Below, piece by piece: positions 41,289-51,519 of a stretch of DNA of 64,000 nt. The position numbers and the translations under genes were made by a program. This DNA comes from Lachnospiraceae bacterium. GTDB lineage: Bacteria; Bacillota; Clostridia; Lachnospirales; Lachnospiraceae. The DNA is taken from positions 1,154 through 65,153 of the forward strand of contig JAEDCX010000003.1 of the NCBI GenBank assembly GCA_016293925.1. The letters are read 5' to 3'. Every line of letters starts with the position of its first letter. The stretch's first letter is position 1. The notes beneath the pieces are model-generated. The model saw only the letters and a list, made by a program, of their open reading frames with translations. It had not been told where the DNA came from and made no database searches.

Positions 41289-41390
41289 ATGCGCGCTCCT
41301 TTTCTTCCCATGAATATGTTTGCCTGCTTCAGCCGGCAATATAATATGATTTGTGAATCCGATTCACGAATAGGCATCGCTCCTCATTCA

Positions 41391-41419
41391 GATTATCGTA
41401 TGATATAATCTCCTGTCAA
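41391..41419 (-). promoter_or_regulatory. candidate glnA promoter
   Basis: TTGACA-17 nt-ATAATC. Confidence 0.4.
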
Positions 41420-41535
41420 GAAACATATCTTCCACTATGGATCTTCCCGCCGGTCTGCTCTTCCTATTTGATCTTATATGAATAAATACACACCAGCAAC
41501 ATAGAATATACCAATAACCCTATCGGAGTAACCTC

Positions 41536-42000
41536 ATGAGTGCCAAAACTAAAATCGTCGTATTTCATCTGAAAGAATTGATCTACACAGGAATCTTTGT
41601 TATTCTCGGAATCCTTTTCATCATACTGATGATCCTGATGTTCTCGCCATCCCGTAGCAGGAAATCCAAAACGCCAACCGAACAGGCGCTCTATGTTCCG
41701 GGAGTCTACACAACCCCCGTTGCCCTTGGCAACATGACTGTGGCGGTTGAGATGATTGTCGACAAAGACTGTATCCATTCTCTCCGGCTCGTCAACATCG
41801 AAGAGGACGTCGCAACCATGTATCCTCTGGTTCAGCCCACCTTTGAAGAGATTGCGTCCAAGGTTCTGGAAACCCAGTCCGTTACCGGCGTAACATACAA
41901 CAGGGATACCCAATACACCACCAAGGTTCTGGTAGATGCCATTGAATCCAATATCAACAAAGCCGTTCTCAGAGAGGATTCATCCGCAATCAACCCTTAA
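41536..42000 (+). CDS. hypothetical single-pass membrane protein
   Basis: TM helix followed by a soluble domain. More protein-like than the overlapping minus-strand ORF. Weak SD. Confidence 0.45.
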   Translation: MSAKTKIVVFHLKELIYTGIFVILGILFIILMILMFSPSRSRKSKTPTEQALYVPGVYTTPVALGNMTVAVEMIVDKDCIHSLRLVNIEEDVATMYPLVQPTFEEIASKVLETQSVTGVTYNRDTQYTTKVLVDAIESNINKAVLREDSSAINP

Positions 42001-42151
42001 GGAAACCGGAAAGCAGGACCTTTTTATTCAATAACATATGTTATGTAATTTCTTCGGAAGTCGGGATCACGCCGTGCGCACTCTGTACTGATCGAGCTGT
42101 TATACGCCGGATCCCGCCCTTCTCGCAATCTCATGGCGTCCGGTCTCTGTA

Positions 42152-43033
42152 CTATCTCCGCACTCTGTCCTTAATCCTTGCCAGATCCTCCGGCGTAAAC
42201 ACATAATGCCGGTTACAGAACTGGCAATTCGTCTCAATATCCTGACCGTCCCGGATCATATCTTCCAATTCTTCCGCCCCGAGACTGATCAATGCCCGCT
42301 CCACTCTGTCCCGGCTGCAGTCGCAGTGATATCCGGTAGGCAGTGTTGTCATATATTCAATATCCATCTCTCCCAGAATCTGTTTCAGAATCTCTTCCGG
42401 TGTATTTCCTTCCGACAACAGCGTGGTAACGCTCTTCATATTTTTCAGCCGTTCTTCCAGCTTGTCCAGCGTCTCTTCGGAGGCAAACGGCATCACCTGG
42501 ATAATGAATCCACCAGCCTGTGCCACGGTGTTATCCTTATTCATCAGAACACCCAGACCGACCGAGGAAGGCACCTGTTCACTGGTTGCGAAATAATAGG
42601 TCAGATCCTCCGCGATCTCGCCGCTTACCAACTCCGTCTGCCCGGAATACGGTTCCTTCATTCCAAGATCCTTGATGACCCGTAGGAACCCTCGCCCTAC
42701 CGCCCCTCCGACATCCAGTTTGCCGAAATAATTGGGCGGTAACATGACATCAGGAACCTTGGCATATCCCTTCACCTCAGCCTTTGCATTGGCTGTTACC
42801 AGCAGTTCCCCTACCGGACCGTCCCCCACAATCTGGATCGTTAACAGATCCCGATCTCCTTTCATCATGCTTCCCATCATAGCGCCCGCAGTCAACAGTC
42901 TGCCCAGTGCCGCCGTAACGATGGGACTGGTCTCATGAATACTTCTTGAATATTCCACCATTTCTTTTGTTGTCGCCGCAAACGCGCGGATTTCCGCGTT
43001 TGCAGCCGTTGCCCTGACAATATAATCAGACAT
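42152..43033 (-). CDS. hslO: redox-regulated chaperone Hsp33
   Basis: C-terminal zinc centre CDCSRDR...CQFCNRHY. ATG at 43033 after GAGGTG. Confidence 0.9.
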   Translation of the reverse strand: MSDYIVRATAANAEIRAFAATTKEMVEYSRSIHETSPIVTAALGRLLTAGAMMGSMMKGDRDLLTIQIVGDGPVGELLVTANAKAEVKGYAKVPDVMLPPNYFGKLDVGGAVGRGFLRVIKDLGMKEPYSGQTELVSGEIAEDLTYYFATSEQVPSSVGLGVLMNKDNTVAQAGGFIIQVMPFASEETLDKLEERLKNMKSVTTLLSEGNTPEEILKQILGEMDIEYMTTLPTGYHCDCSRDRVERALISLGAEELEDMIRDGQDIETNCQFCNRHYVFTPEDLARIKDRVRR

Positions 43034-43054
43034 CTTCACACCTCAGAATCATCA

Positions 43055-43807
43055 CTATTTTCCCTGTTCCCGTAAGACAAGCAGGATTCTCTCGCTATCT
43101 GCACCGGCCACCCTTCCGGAATATCCATCATATGCGGCCACATAGAGCAGCCCGGCCTCACCGGCAAACCGTTTCATTTCCTCCAGCGTATATCCCCGCT
43201 GATAATGAATCTCTGTAAAACGCCGGAACAATTCTTTCTCTTCTCTTACAAAAAAGGTGATCTCATATTCATTGATCTGCTCTTCCTCATCGTAATAATT
43301 ATCCCAGATAAAAGAACAATCCTCCCGGTTTTCCGCAATCGTCGTATCACCAATCACATCTCTGTATTTGTGTACCGTATTGAAATCCAGAATAAACAAA
43401 CCGCCAGGATCCAGATAATTATTGACAAGCTTCATCATCTTGACCACATCCTCCGGTTCCGTCAGATAATTCACAGAATCGCAGATACTGATCATCGCTC
43501 GTGCCGTGCCATATAATTCCAGTTCCCGCATGTCCTGATTCAGATACAGAATACCGCTGTTCTTCGCAGACCTTTTCTCTGCGGCAATCCCAAGCATCTC
43601 CTCCGAATTGTCAATCCCGATCATATCGTATCCCTGATCGGCCAAAAGTTCCGTCATCACGCCGGTACCACAGCCCAGTTCCACTATGATACCATCTGTT
43701 ATTTTATTCTCACGCAGAATATCCAGCAGAACGTCCCGCCATGCCTGATAGGGAGTCTCATCCATAAAGATATCATATACCTTCGCAAAATCGCTGTATG
43801 CTTCCAT
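43055..43807 (-). CDS. class I SAM-dependent methyltransferase
   Basis: Motif I VELGCGTGVMT...GIDNSEEML. Confidence 0.8.
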   Translation of the reverse strand: MEAYSDFAKVYDIFMDETPYQAWRDVLLDILRENKITDGIIVELGCGTGVMTELLADQGYDMIGIDNSEEMLGIAAEKRSAKNSGILYLNQDMRELELYGTARAMISICDSVNYLTEPEDVVKMMKLVNNYLDPGGLFILDFNTVHKYRDVIGDTTIAENREDCSFIWDNYYDEEEQINEYEITFFVREEKELFRRFTEIHYQRGYTLEEMKRFAGEAGLLYVAAYDGYSGRVAGADSERILLVLREQGK

Positions 43808-43808
43808 T

Positions 43809-44669
43809 CTATTCTCCGCCCAGTTTCATCGAAACAACGAATCCGACTCCGAATGCAAGAACCGAACTAATGATCGTCACCGCAAGATTCGTATACGTAA
43901 ATGTATTCAACAGGACAATTGCCACCGGAGATGCGACAATCAATCCGATGATTGCCCAGAACGCCACCAGTGGATATTTGCGGAAAATCCATTCAATCAG
44001 TTTGGCAATCACGACAATCCCGAAAAGAGCTCCCAATCCGAAGGGAACCAGAATGCCGAGTCCACTCACAACACCGTCCATGTCCAGATGGGCCAGAGCA
44101 GTCATGAAATCCTTGATCGCAGCCACCACCGGCTCATAATATCCCAGCAGCATCAGAATCATGGATCCGCTGACCCCCGGTATCACCATTGTTGCAGCCG
44201 CGATAATACCGCATCCGAACAGAATCAGTACATTGACAAAGCCAAAGGACAAATCTGCATCTGCACCTTTCCCGCCACCGAATAAGGCCATTCCCACGAC
44301 CAGTGCAAAAAAAGCAAGCGCGGCAATCACATGCTGAGGCTTGAGCGGATTCCCTTTCACCTTCCGGCATACGGCCGGAAGTCCTCCCACAATCAGTCCG
44401 ATAAACAACAGATTTGTGGGAATCGGATATTTCTCCAGAGCCGTTGTAATCACAAAAGAAAGCGCCACCAGCGCAATTCCTGCTCCGATGATAACCGGAA
44501 CAAGCAGCTTCATTGATTTCTTAAATTCAGATTTAATATGTGTCAGTGCATGGATCAGTTTGTCATAGATCCCCATTGCCACAGCCATTGTTCCGCCGCT
44601 GACACCCGGAATAATATTGGCGATTCCAATCACCATTCCCCTGAATATATTGCATAATGCTTCTATCAT
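43809..44669 (-). CDS. DUF368-family membrane protein
   Basis: Duplicated IPGVSGGT / IPGVSGSM motifs. ATG at 44669 after GGAGGT. Confidence 0.8.
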   Translation of the reverse strand: MIEALCNIFRGMVIGIANIIPGVSGGTMAVAMGIYDKLIHALTHIKSEFKKSMKLLVPVIIGAGIALVALSFVITTALEKYPIPTNLLFIGLIVGGLPAVCRKVKGNPLKPQHVIAALAFFALVVGMALFGGGKGADADLSFGFVNVLILFGCGIIAAATMVIPGVSGSMILMLLGYYEPVVAAIKDFMTALAHLDMDGVVSGLGILVPFGLGALFGIVVIAKLIEWIFRKYPLVAFWAIIGLIVASPVAIVLLNTFTYTNLAVTIISSVLAFGVGFVVSMKLGGE

Positions 44670-44670
44670 A

Positions 44671-45765
44671 CTACCTCCACTCCACTGACACCTTGGCGTC
44701 GAAGGACCCCTCCTCGCCAATGATCTCTTTCATTGCCTTTACCAGCACATCCATCTGCTCATCTGTTCCAATGGTAATTCTCATCCGGTTTTGAATTCTC
44801 GGCTTATTCCAGTACCGCACATAGATTCCTTTTTCTTTTAGCCGTTCAAACATGACGGCTGCCGGTATCTTCTCATGGGCAGCGAAGAGGAAGTTTGCTT
44901 TGGAATCGGTGCATGTAAAGCCAATTCCCTCCAATTCTGTCTTCATGCGCTCCCGCGTTGCCACGATTTTCGCCGTGGTTTCCTTGAAATATGCCTCATC
45001 CCGCACACTTTCAACCCCCAGCTCCAATGTGGGACGGTTCATCGTATAGGAATTCATGGCAAATTTGACATCCAACAGATACCGGATCAGCTTCTCATCA
45101 GCCATTGCATAGCCGATGCGCATTCCCGCCATCGATCTGGATTTGCTGAACGTCTGTACAACAATCAGATTATCGAACTCATTGATCAGATCCACACAGC
45201 TCTCTCCGCCGAAATCAACATAGGCTTCATCCACCACAACAATGACATCTCTGTGTTCTGCGATAAAGTCCTTCATCTGCTTCTTTCCGACCGCAATTCC
45301 TGTCGGGGCGTTTGGATTGGCAATGACAATTCCGCCGTTTTCTTTTCTGTAGTCTTCAAAACGGATTCGGAATTCCTCGTCTACCGGGATCTGTTCGTAC
45401 GGAATCCGGTACAGGTTCGCCCAGACATCGTAGAAAGAATAGGTAATATCGGGGAACAGGATCGGCTTTTCAGATTGAAAGAAAGTCAGAAAGATCATAG
45501 CCAGAACATCATCCGAACCGACTCCCACAAAAACCTGCTCATCCCTGAGACCGTAGGATTCTGCCAGTGCATGAACCAGCATCTTTGCATCCGGATCCGG
45601 ATACAGGCGAAAACTTGCAGGATCCATCCGCTCCAGCGCAGCGGTCACTCCCGGTGCAGGCGGATAGGGACATTCATTGGTATTTAATTTGATGATATCT
45701 TTTCTCTTTGGCTGTTCTCCCGGAACATAGGGTTCCACCCGTCTGACATTCTCTTCCCAGCTCAT
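44671..45765 (-). CDS. hisC: histidinol-phosphate aminotransferase
   Basis: IKLNTNECPYPP and a class-II aminotransferase fold with the SKS lysine region (FSKSRSMAG). Confidence 0.88.
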   Translation of the reverse strand: MSWEENVRRVEPYVPGEQPKRKDIIKLNTNECPYPPAPGVTAALERMDPASFRLYPDPDAKMLVHALAESYGLRDEQVFVGVGSDDVLAMIFLTFFQSEKPILFPDITYSFYDVWANLYRIPYEQIPVDEEFRIRFEDYRKENGGIVIANPNAPTGIAVGKKQMKDFIAEHRDVIVVVDEAYVDFGGESCVDLINEFDNLIVVQTFSKSRSMAGMRIGYAMADEKLIRYLLDVKFAMNSYTMNRPTLELGVESVRDEAYFKETTAKIVATRERMKTELEGIGFTCTDSKANFLFAAHEKIPAAVMFERLKEKGIYVRYWNKPRIQNRMRITIGTDEQMDVLVKAMKEIIGEEGSFDAKVSVEWR

Positions 45766-45854
45766 GATCTTCATCCTTCCCTTGTTTCTACTTATGAACG
45801 CTTCGTCATTCCAACGGAATAACGTTTTGCATGATTTATCATATTAACAAACTT

Positions 45855-47573
45855 TTATCTTTTATGCAACAAACATTCCCTTATCTTCCCATGTATTCTT
45901 TGCTCCTCTTTCTCCGGTGTTCTTCTCCGACGGATCAGATACCACACCCCAAGCAGAATTCCCGCGCCCAGAGCGGACCATAGCAGGAAAAACAGGAGAC
46001 CACCGGCCGTTCCGTCCCGGTAGGGATCGGCATTTCCATCGATAACGCCTACCGTTGCGACGAGATCATCCGCAAGCTGTATCTCCTGTCCGTCCCGGTT
46101 CTCCGTATCCGAACAGATTGCTTCCGCGAATCCGGTATCCGTGGCAGACAGATTCTCCTCCCCGCCGTTCGCTCCTCCATCTTCCGTATCATTGTCCTGC
46201 TCCGCATTCTCCTCTCCGGTTCCGGCTTCTGCGTCGGATTCTGTCGTCGCATCCCTGTCGGAATAGTGGTAAATCGTTCCTCCGGCAGAGGAGGATTTCT
46301 TCTGCGTACTCTGCTTCTGTGCATTCCGGTTCTGCGTCGTCCCGTTCTTCCCGCTCTCCTCCACCGCTTTGTGTTCACCTTCTCCTGCAGCCGCATCATC
46401 CGTCTCCTTCCGTCCGGCATCCGGCTTACTCTGCGTAATTCCTCCGGAATTCTGTGCCGCTCCGCCGGAACTCTGAGCAACTCCGCCGGGATTCTGCGCC
46501 GCTCCTCCGGAAGCCTGTGAAGAATCCACGGAATGAGCCGGTGAGGAATCTGTCGGACGCGCCGGTTCTGTATGCGGCAGGATTCCGGAAACCGTAAACT
46601 CCATACTGTCCGCATTCCCCGCCCGGTCCCGAACCATTATCTGATAAGTACCGTTTTCGCTGTAATTCCGACTGTCATCTCCACTCCAGGTTGCACCGCC
46701 ATCCCAGGAAAACCCGTTTTCTGCAATTCCGGACGCCTCATCACTGCACTGGATGGAAACGGTAATCCCTCCGTCAACGGCACGTTTCGTGATCCCCGTC
46801 AGCAAAGGGGCATCCCTGTCAATATTGGTGACCTGAACCGCAAGCTGTGCTCCGGTATATCCTTCCCCGACAGGATATACCATCGTATAAGTACCGTTGG
46901 CCGTTACCTCCAGGGTTTCTCCGGACGCGCCTTCCTCACTCCATGTCAACAATTCCGACCGGATATCAAAGCCCGGCTGTATCCCCTTTATTCCTCCTTC
47001 CAACGTCATCTGGCGAGTCCATGTATCCGTACTCCGCACACAGCACAGTTCCGCCAGAACCTGCCCTTCTTCCATACCGCAGTCCGGTACATAATGATCC
47101 ATTCTCGTGCACGCACTCTCCGCAGTCAGAACATCTGTCCGGCAGATGGAGCATCTGTATTTCTCTACCGTTCTCGCGTTCTGACACCGGGTCAGATTCG
47201 TCCACATATCCAGATATCCCGGCACATAACCCCATGTATAGGTACCGCATTCCCCACAGACGAAAACCACCCTGTCTCCCGATTCATCCAGATACGGCTT
47301 CTGCGTCAGTCTACCGCCGCACTGCTGCGTAACAGAATATGCCTGCGCCCTGCCTTCGCAATACACCGCTTCGCCGTAACATCCGCCGCATACATCCTGA
47401 TTTCCCACATGAACATGCCGAATACAGGTATCGCCGTCCGCCGCCTGTGCCTGCACTGCCCAGCGCATATACAGAAACAGCAGTACCGCTATCGTCAATA
47501 CAGTCCTGCAAACTGCCCGTAGTCCGGCTCCCCTGTTTTCCCTGTCAGCTTCTCTTTTCCATAATTCTTCCAT
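45855..47573 (-). CDS. secreted Cys-rich surface protein with Ig-like domain, 7-aa repeats and C-terminal TM anchor
   Basis: Signal peptide ...AVQAQA/AD. CGGC, CGEC and CSIC motifs. NIDRDAP...Ig-like segment. AAQNxGG repeats. Acidic region. TM helix followed by RRRR. Confidence 0.6.
   Translation of the reverse strand: MEELWKREADRENRGAGLRAVCRTVLTIAVLLFLYMRWAVQAQAADGDTCIRHVHVGNQDVCGGCYGEAVYCEGRAQAYSVTQQCGGRLTQKPYLDESGDRVVFVCGECGTYTWGYVPGYLDMWTNLTRCQNARTVEKYRCSICRTDVLTAESACTRMDHYVPDCGMEEGQVLAELCCVRSTDTWTRQMTLEGGIKGIQPGFDIRSELLTWSEEGASGETLEVTANGTYTMVYPVGEGYTGAQLAVQVTNIDRDAPLLTGITKRAVDGGITVSIQCSDEASGIAENGFSWDGGATWSGDDSRNYSENGTYQIMVRDRAGNADSMEFTVSGILPHTEPARPTDSSPAHSVDSSQASGGAAQNPGGVAQSSGGAAQNSGGITQSKPDAGRKETDDAAAGEGEHKAVEESGKNGTTQNRNAQKQSTQKKSSSAGGTIYHYSDRDATTESDAEAGTGEENAEQDNDTEDGGANGGEENLSATDTGFAEAICSDTENRDGQEIQLADDLVATVGVIDGNADPYRDGTAGGLLFFLLWSALGAGILLGVWYLIRRRRTPEKEEQRIHGKIRECLLHKR
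46440..46523 (-). repeat. four imperfect 21-nt tandem repeats (coding, AAQNxGG units)
   Basis: tcctccggaattctgtgccgc / tccgccggaactctgagcaac / tccgccgggattctgcgccgc / tcctccggaagcctgtgaaga. Confidence 0.8.
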
Positions 47574-47788
47574 AGATTGACCTCCGAACGGATATGATGG
47601 TCAGGACATAATATCCTGCCTCAGATATTGTTGATGTGCCGTTAGCATTGACGTGTTCCTGTATTGTACCGAGATTGCTTCGTTCACAACAAGTCGGAAA
47701 AAGAAACAAATCTCACGCATAAACTTTGTAAAAAAATAATAGAATATAAAAATGTACGCGGAGTCCGATCGGGACTCCGGGGAGTGTT

Positions 47789-48568
47789 ATGAGAAAACTA
47801 CATCCATCCAATCTCTTTCCCTATCTTATTCTCTCACTCGGCGTGGTCGCGTTGATTGCTTCCATCCATGAATATCGTACCGCCGACGTGACCGCGGGTA
47901 CTTCTTATAACGGCAAAGATCTTCCGATCTACTGCGTACAGACTGACGAGAAGAAAATATCCCTGACCTTTGATGCCGCATGGGGGAATGAAGACACACA
48001 GACGATTCTGGATACCCTGGCACAATATGACGTTAAAGTCACCTTTTTCATGACCGGTTCCTGGGTTCAAAACTATCCCGATGACGTAAAAGCCATTCTG
48101 GAAGCGGGACACGATCTCGGCAATCACAGCCAGAACCACAAAAATATGTCGCAGCTGTCATCTTCAGAGATCGCCAATGAATTATTGACTGTCCATCAGA
48201 CCGTGAAAGAGTTGACAGGATATGACATGTTCCTCTTCCGTCCTCCCTACGGAGATTATGACAATCTTGTCATTACGGAGGCTACTGCCTGCGGATACTA
48301 TCCGATCCAATGGGATGTAGACAGTCTTGACTGGAAAGATTATGGTGTCGACTCTATCATCAATACCGTCACCAGGCATAAGCACCTTGGCAACGGCTCT
48401 ATCGTTCTCTGCCATAACGGTTCCAAATACACCGCCCAGGCATTGGCTGCAATGATTACGACATTGCAGGCGGAAGGTTATGAATTTGTTCCCGTATCGG
48501 AACTGATCTACCGGGATCACTATCACATGAATCACGAAGGACGTCAGATACCGGATACGTCACAATAA
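47789..48568 (+). CDS. polysaccharide deacetylase (NodB-homology) family protein
   Basis: ISLTFDAAWG...GHDLGNHSQNH...LFRPPYG motifs with an N-terminal TM/signal segment. Confidence 0.85.
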   Translation: MRKLHPSNLFPYLILSLGVVALIASIHEYRTADVTAGTSYNGKDLPIYCVQTDEKKISLTFDAAWGNEDTQTILDTLAQYDVKVTFFMTGSWVQNYPDDVKAILEAGHDLGNHSQNHKNMSQLSSSEIANELLTVHQTVKELTGYDMFLFRPPYGDYDNLVITEATACGYYPIQWDVDSLDWKDYGVDSIINTVTRHKHLGNGSIVLCHNGSKYTAQALAAMITTLQAEGYEFVPVSELIYRDHYHMNHEGRQIPDTSQ

Positions 48569-48678
48569 TTCCCTCCTCTTTTACTACGATTTCACATCCT
48601 TTTCACAAATTCATTGTATAATGCAGACAAATCTTCTATAATGAGGAGAGCATCATGTTTTGAGGAGGATGTATTACC

Positions 48679-49902
48679 ATGAGTAAGAATCTTGTGTCAC
48701 AGGACACGAATATGAGTAAAAGTGCTGCGAAACGGAATCAGCGTCGTCGGGAAGTAGCCGCCAGGAAAAACCGCAAGCGGATGATCCGGATTATTTCACT
48801 TACCGTCTGCTGTCTTGCCGTTTTGGGTATCGGTTTCTATGTCGGACAGAAAATTTATTTCAACGCCACCAAAACCGTTGCCAGTTCTGACTACAGCGCA
48901 GGACTGACCGATGACGGCAAGATCGACGGACTTGATGTCAGCAGTTATGTGAAAGTTCCCGATTATAACAACATTCGTTTTCCGCTGGCTGATCTGGAGT
49001 ATTCTGACGAAGATGTAGAGGCGGATATTGAGAAGGCTCTGCAGAATCATCCGTTGCATTGCACAGACACTTCTGTCACACTGAAAAGCGGTGATAAGAT
49101 CAATCTGGATTATGTGGGATATGCGGACGAAGAGCCCTTTGAAAACGGAGATACCCAGGGCAAAGGAACCGATCTGGAGCTGGGTTCCGGCACCTATATC
49201 GACACCTTTGAGGATCAGATCATCGGTCACAATGTAGGGGATTCTTTTGACGTCAATGTCACCTTTCCGGATCCCTATGAGAACAATCCCGATCTGTCCG
49301 GCAAAGATGCCCGTTTTGAAGTAACTATTAACTATGTATATCAGCAGTCAGACTTCGATGACGCCTTTGTTGCCGAATATCTTGGGGATTATGCTACTAC
49401 AGCGGAGGGGTACCGCCGGTATCTGAAGGAAACCCATTACCAGACCAATCTGGAGTCTGCCGTACGTCAGTATATTACCGACAACGCCCACAATTCTTCC
49501 TATCCGAAGAAATATTTAAAGAGTCTGAAGAGTCTCCAGCGTGCAGATGATGAGAGCAGATATTCCTATATGAACAGCTACTATTCCCAGATGCTCGGAA
49601 CCGTATTGTATGAGAGTTTTGAGGATTTCACCGGAATGTCGGAACGCGCGTATGAGAAAGATCTCTCCTCCAGAGCCAAGGCAATCATGGCACAGAATAT
49701 GCTTTACCAGTATATCTATGAAACAGAGAATCTGAAATACACCGAAGAAACGTATGAGGAACTGATCGCAGAATACGGTTCCGGCTTCGGTTTGTCTGAT
49801 GCTGAAGCGGTCGAGGACGTCTTCGGCAAAGGGTATCTGGCACAGCAGGCGATCCAGAACACGGTTGTACAATATCTGTGTGAAAAGGCAATCGTTGAAT
49901 AG
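48679..49902 (+). CDS. membrane-anchored FKBP-type PPIase / trigger-factor-like protein
   Basis: FKBP segment GDKINLDYVGY...FEVTINYVY followed by a helical C-terminal domain. GAGGAGG SD. Confidence 0.7.
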   Translation: MSKNLVSQDTNMSKSAAKRNQRRREVAARKNRKRMIRIISLTVCCLAVLGIGFYVGQKIYFNATKTVASSDYSAGLTDDGKIDGLDVSSYVKVPDYNNIRFPLADLEYSDEDVEADIEKALQNHPLHCTDTSVTLKSGDKINLDYVGYADEEPFENGDTQGKGTDLELGSGTYIDTFEDQIIGHNVGDSFDVNVTFPDPYENNPDLSGKDARFEVTINYVYQQSDFDDAFVAEYLGDYATTAEGYRRYLKETHYQTNLESAVRQYITDNAHNSSYPKKYLKSLKSLQRADDESRYSYMNSYYSQMLGTVLYESFEDFTGMSERAYEKDLSSRAKAIMAQNMLYQYIYETENLKYTEETYEELIAEYGSGFGLSDAEAVEDVFGKGYLAQQAIQNTVVQYLCEKAIVE

Positions 49903-49958
49903 AACAGGGAGAATGCATCCCGTTCTTCCAAGGAAACAACTTCTCCACAGAATCAGAC

Positions 49959-49988
49959 AGGGGCTTTCCGATCTCTCGGAAAGCCCCT
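49959..49988. terminator. bidirectional terminator
   Basis: 13-bp stem AGGGGCTTTCCGA / TCGGAAAGCCCCT with a 4-nt loop. Confidence 0.7.
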
Positions 49989-50018
49989 CTTAACATCAAC
50001 AGTACATCTCACTCCACA

Positions 50019-50681
50019 CTAATAGAATCCTCTGGAACAACAGCAGTTCATCAGCAGATTGCACATCAGAAGTTCACAGCACAGGTTGCCGGTCGAACCG
50101 AAGTTCCTGCCAAAACCGCCTCCCATGGTACGATACCAGTCCTCTCCGTTCTCCAGTCTGCTTAGCAATTGTCTGTACTGCACATTGTCCGGATCGATGG
50201 AAACAGCCCGTCTCGCATGCTCCAGTGCGGTAACATTATTCCCGCTTCCCGCATTGGCAATGGCACTGCAGTAATACCAGAACCCATCCCGGTTGGAAAC
50301 CCGTTCCAGGCAGTTCAGCGCATCGCGGAACTGTCCGTTCTGGATAAATCTCACTGCCGCCTGCATATCGGAAGAAAATGCGTCCGCATTCCCGAAACCG
50401 CCCTGGCCGTACCCGTTCCCGAATCCTCGCCCGGCACTGCCGAAACCGCCCTGGCCATAGGAGCCTTGTCCATAGCTTCCGGAATAATCTCCGCTCTTTT
50501 CCCGCTGAATCTGATTATATGCTTCCTGAATCTCTTTGAACTTCTCTTCTGCCTGTGCCTTATTGGGATTATTCACATTGGAATCCGGATGATATTTCCG
50601 GCTCAATGTTCTGTATGCTCTTTTGATCTCTTCATCCGAAGCATCCCTGGAAACCCCCAGCACTCTGTAAGGATCAACCAT
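50019..50681 (-). CDS. J-domain protein with Gly-rich repeats and C-terminal Cys cluster
   Basis: DPYRVLGV...KYHPD (HPD motif). GSYGQG/GGFG repeats. The tail [22 protein letters not shown] has 6 Cys in 22 aa. Confidence 0.8.
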   Translation of the reverse strand: MVDPYRVLGVSRDASDEEIKRAYRTLSRKYHPDSNVNNPNKAQAEEKFKEIQEAYNQIQREKSGDYSGSYGQGSYGQGGFGSAGRGFGNGYGQGGFGNADAFSSDMQAAVRFIQNGQFRDALNCLERVSNRDGFWYYCSAIANAGSGNNVTALEHARRAVSIDPDNVQYRQLLSRLENGEDWYRTMGGGFGRNFGSTGNLCCELLMCNLLMNCCCSRGFY

Positions 50682-51510
50682 CGTTATGTTCCTCTCTCTT
50701 TTTCCTGCATACAGTATACCGCGTGAACACTCCTGCATACAATATATTTCTCAGAAGATTTACATCCTGCAGGATCGGAAGCTTCTCAAATTCCCGACTG
50801 CACTCCGCCATCATCATCTCCAGTACTTTCTCCACATAGTCATCAAATCCATCCCTGTGTTCGTAGGATTTCCACACATTATACTGTCCCTTTTTCTTAT
50901 CCTCCGCAAGATCATCGTACGCATCCAGCAGATAGATGAATTTGCCCAGATAGAAGCCGATGGTCCGAAGGCTGTCCTCCCACTCATCATGTCTGTACGC
51001 AAACAGAGTTCCCATCATCTCTCCGGTCAGTCCTGCCGCCTCATCGAGATTCCCGGAATCCGCCCGCTCCACCCTGTGAAGCTTCCGCAGATATTCCACA
51101 ATCCCGGTTACCTGCTCCGGATATTGTGCCGCTGTTCGGCGGTATCTGCCCCGCAACAGATCAGATGATACCTTCTTCACCACATTCCTGTCATCCTGCC
51201 AGTCATCCCTCAGATTGTGATACGCCAACAGAATATTCATATCTGCCACATAATCCAGCACCTCATTGCTCCGGATCTCGTGCTTCTCCAGCGGATGAGC
51301 GATACACCTTTGTCTCATCCTCGTACTGTGCGGTTCATACAGTCCGCACAAAAGCAGTGCCAGGAAAACCATATCGAAATTCAGAGTCATCTGCCCCCGG
51401 ATGCCGTGGCGTTCCCGTAGCGCATGGCAGAGTCCGCAATAATAGGATCGGTACGTCCGATACTCTTTTATCTTCAATTCATCCCGATTCACAACCACAT
51501 ACCCGAACAT
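50674..51510 (-). CDS. DUF5685-like protein
   Basis: [39 protein letters not shown]. 8-nt overlap with the J-protein start. Confidence 0.65.
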   Translation of the reverse strand: MFGYVVVNRDELKIKEYRTYRSYYCGLCHALRERHGIRGQMTLNFDMVFLALLLCGLYEPHSTRMRQRCIAHPLEKHEIRSNEVLDYVADMNILLAYHNLRDDWQDDRNVVKKVSSDLLRGRYRRTAAQYPEQVTGIVEYLRKLHRVERADSGNLDEAAGLTGEMMGTLFAYRHDEWEDSLRTIGFYLGKFIYLLDAYDDLAEDKKKGQYNVWKSYEHRDGFDDYVEKVLEMMMAECSREFEKLPILQDVNLLRNILYAGVFTRYTVCRKKREEHNDG

Positions 51511-51519
51511 ACCCACTCC

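Noticed and set aside
41289-41390. Searched the glnA leader for a T-box, a glutamine riboswitch or an ANTAR dual-hexaloop target.
   Set aside because: Only two short hairpins are present, with no U-run terminator and no conserved riboswitch core that I could recognise.
41464-41913. 149-aa minus-strand ORF overlapping the 41536-42000 plus-strand ORF.
   Set aside because: The plus-strand product has a clean TM helix plus a soluble-domain pattern. The minus-strand product is compositionally odd and would start inside the glnA promoter region. Only the plus-strand gene is reported, at modest confidence.
46440-46523. Tandem 21-nt repeats that could be mistaken for a mini CRISPR or VNTR locus.
   Set aside because: There are no spacers. 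The repeats lie in frame inside a CDS and encode AAQNxGG units. An alternative-frame ORF at 46049-46615 is an Arg-rich artefact of the same low-complexity DNA.
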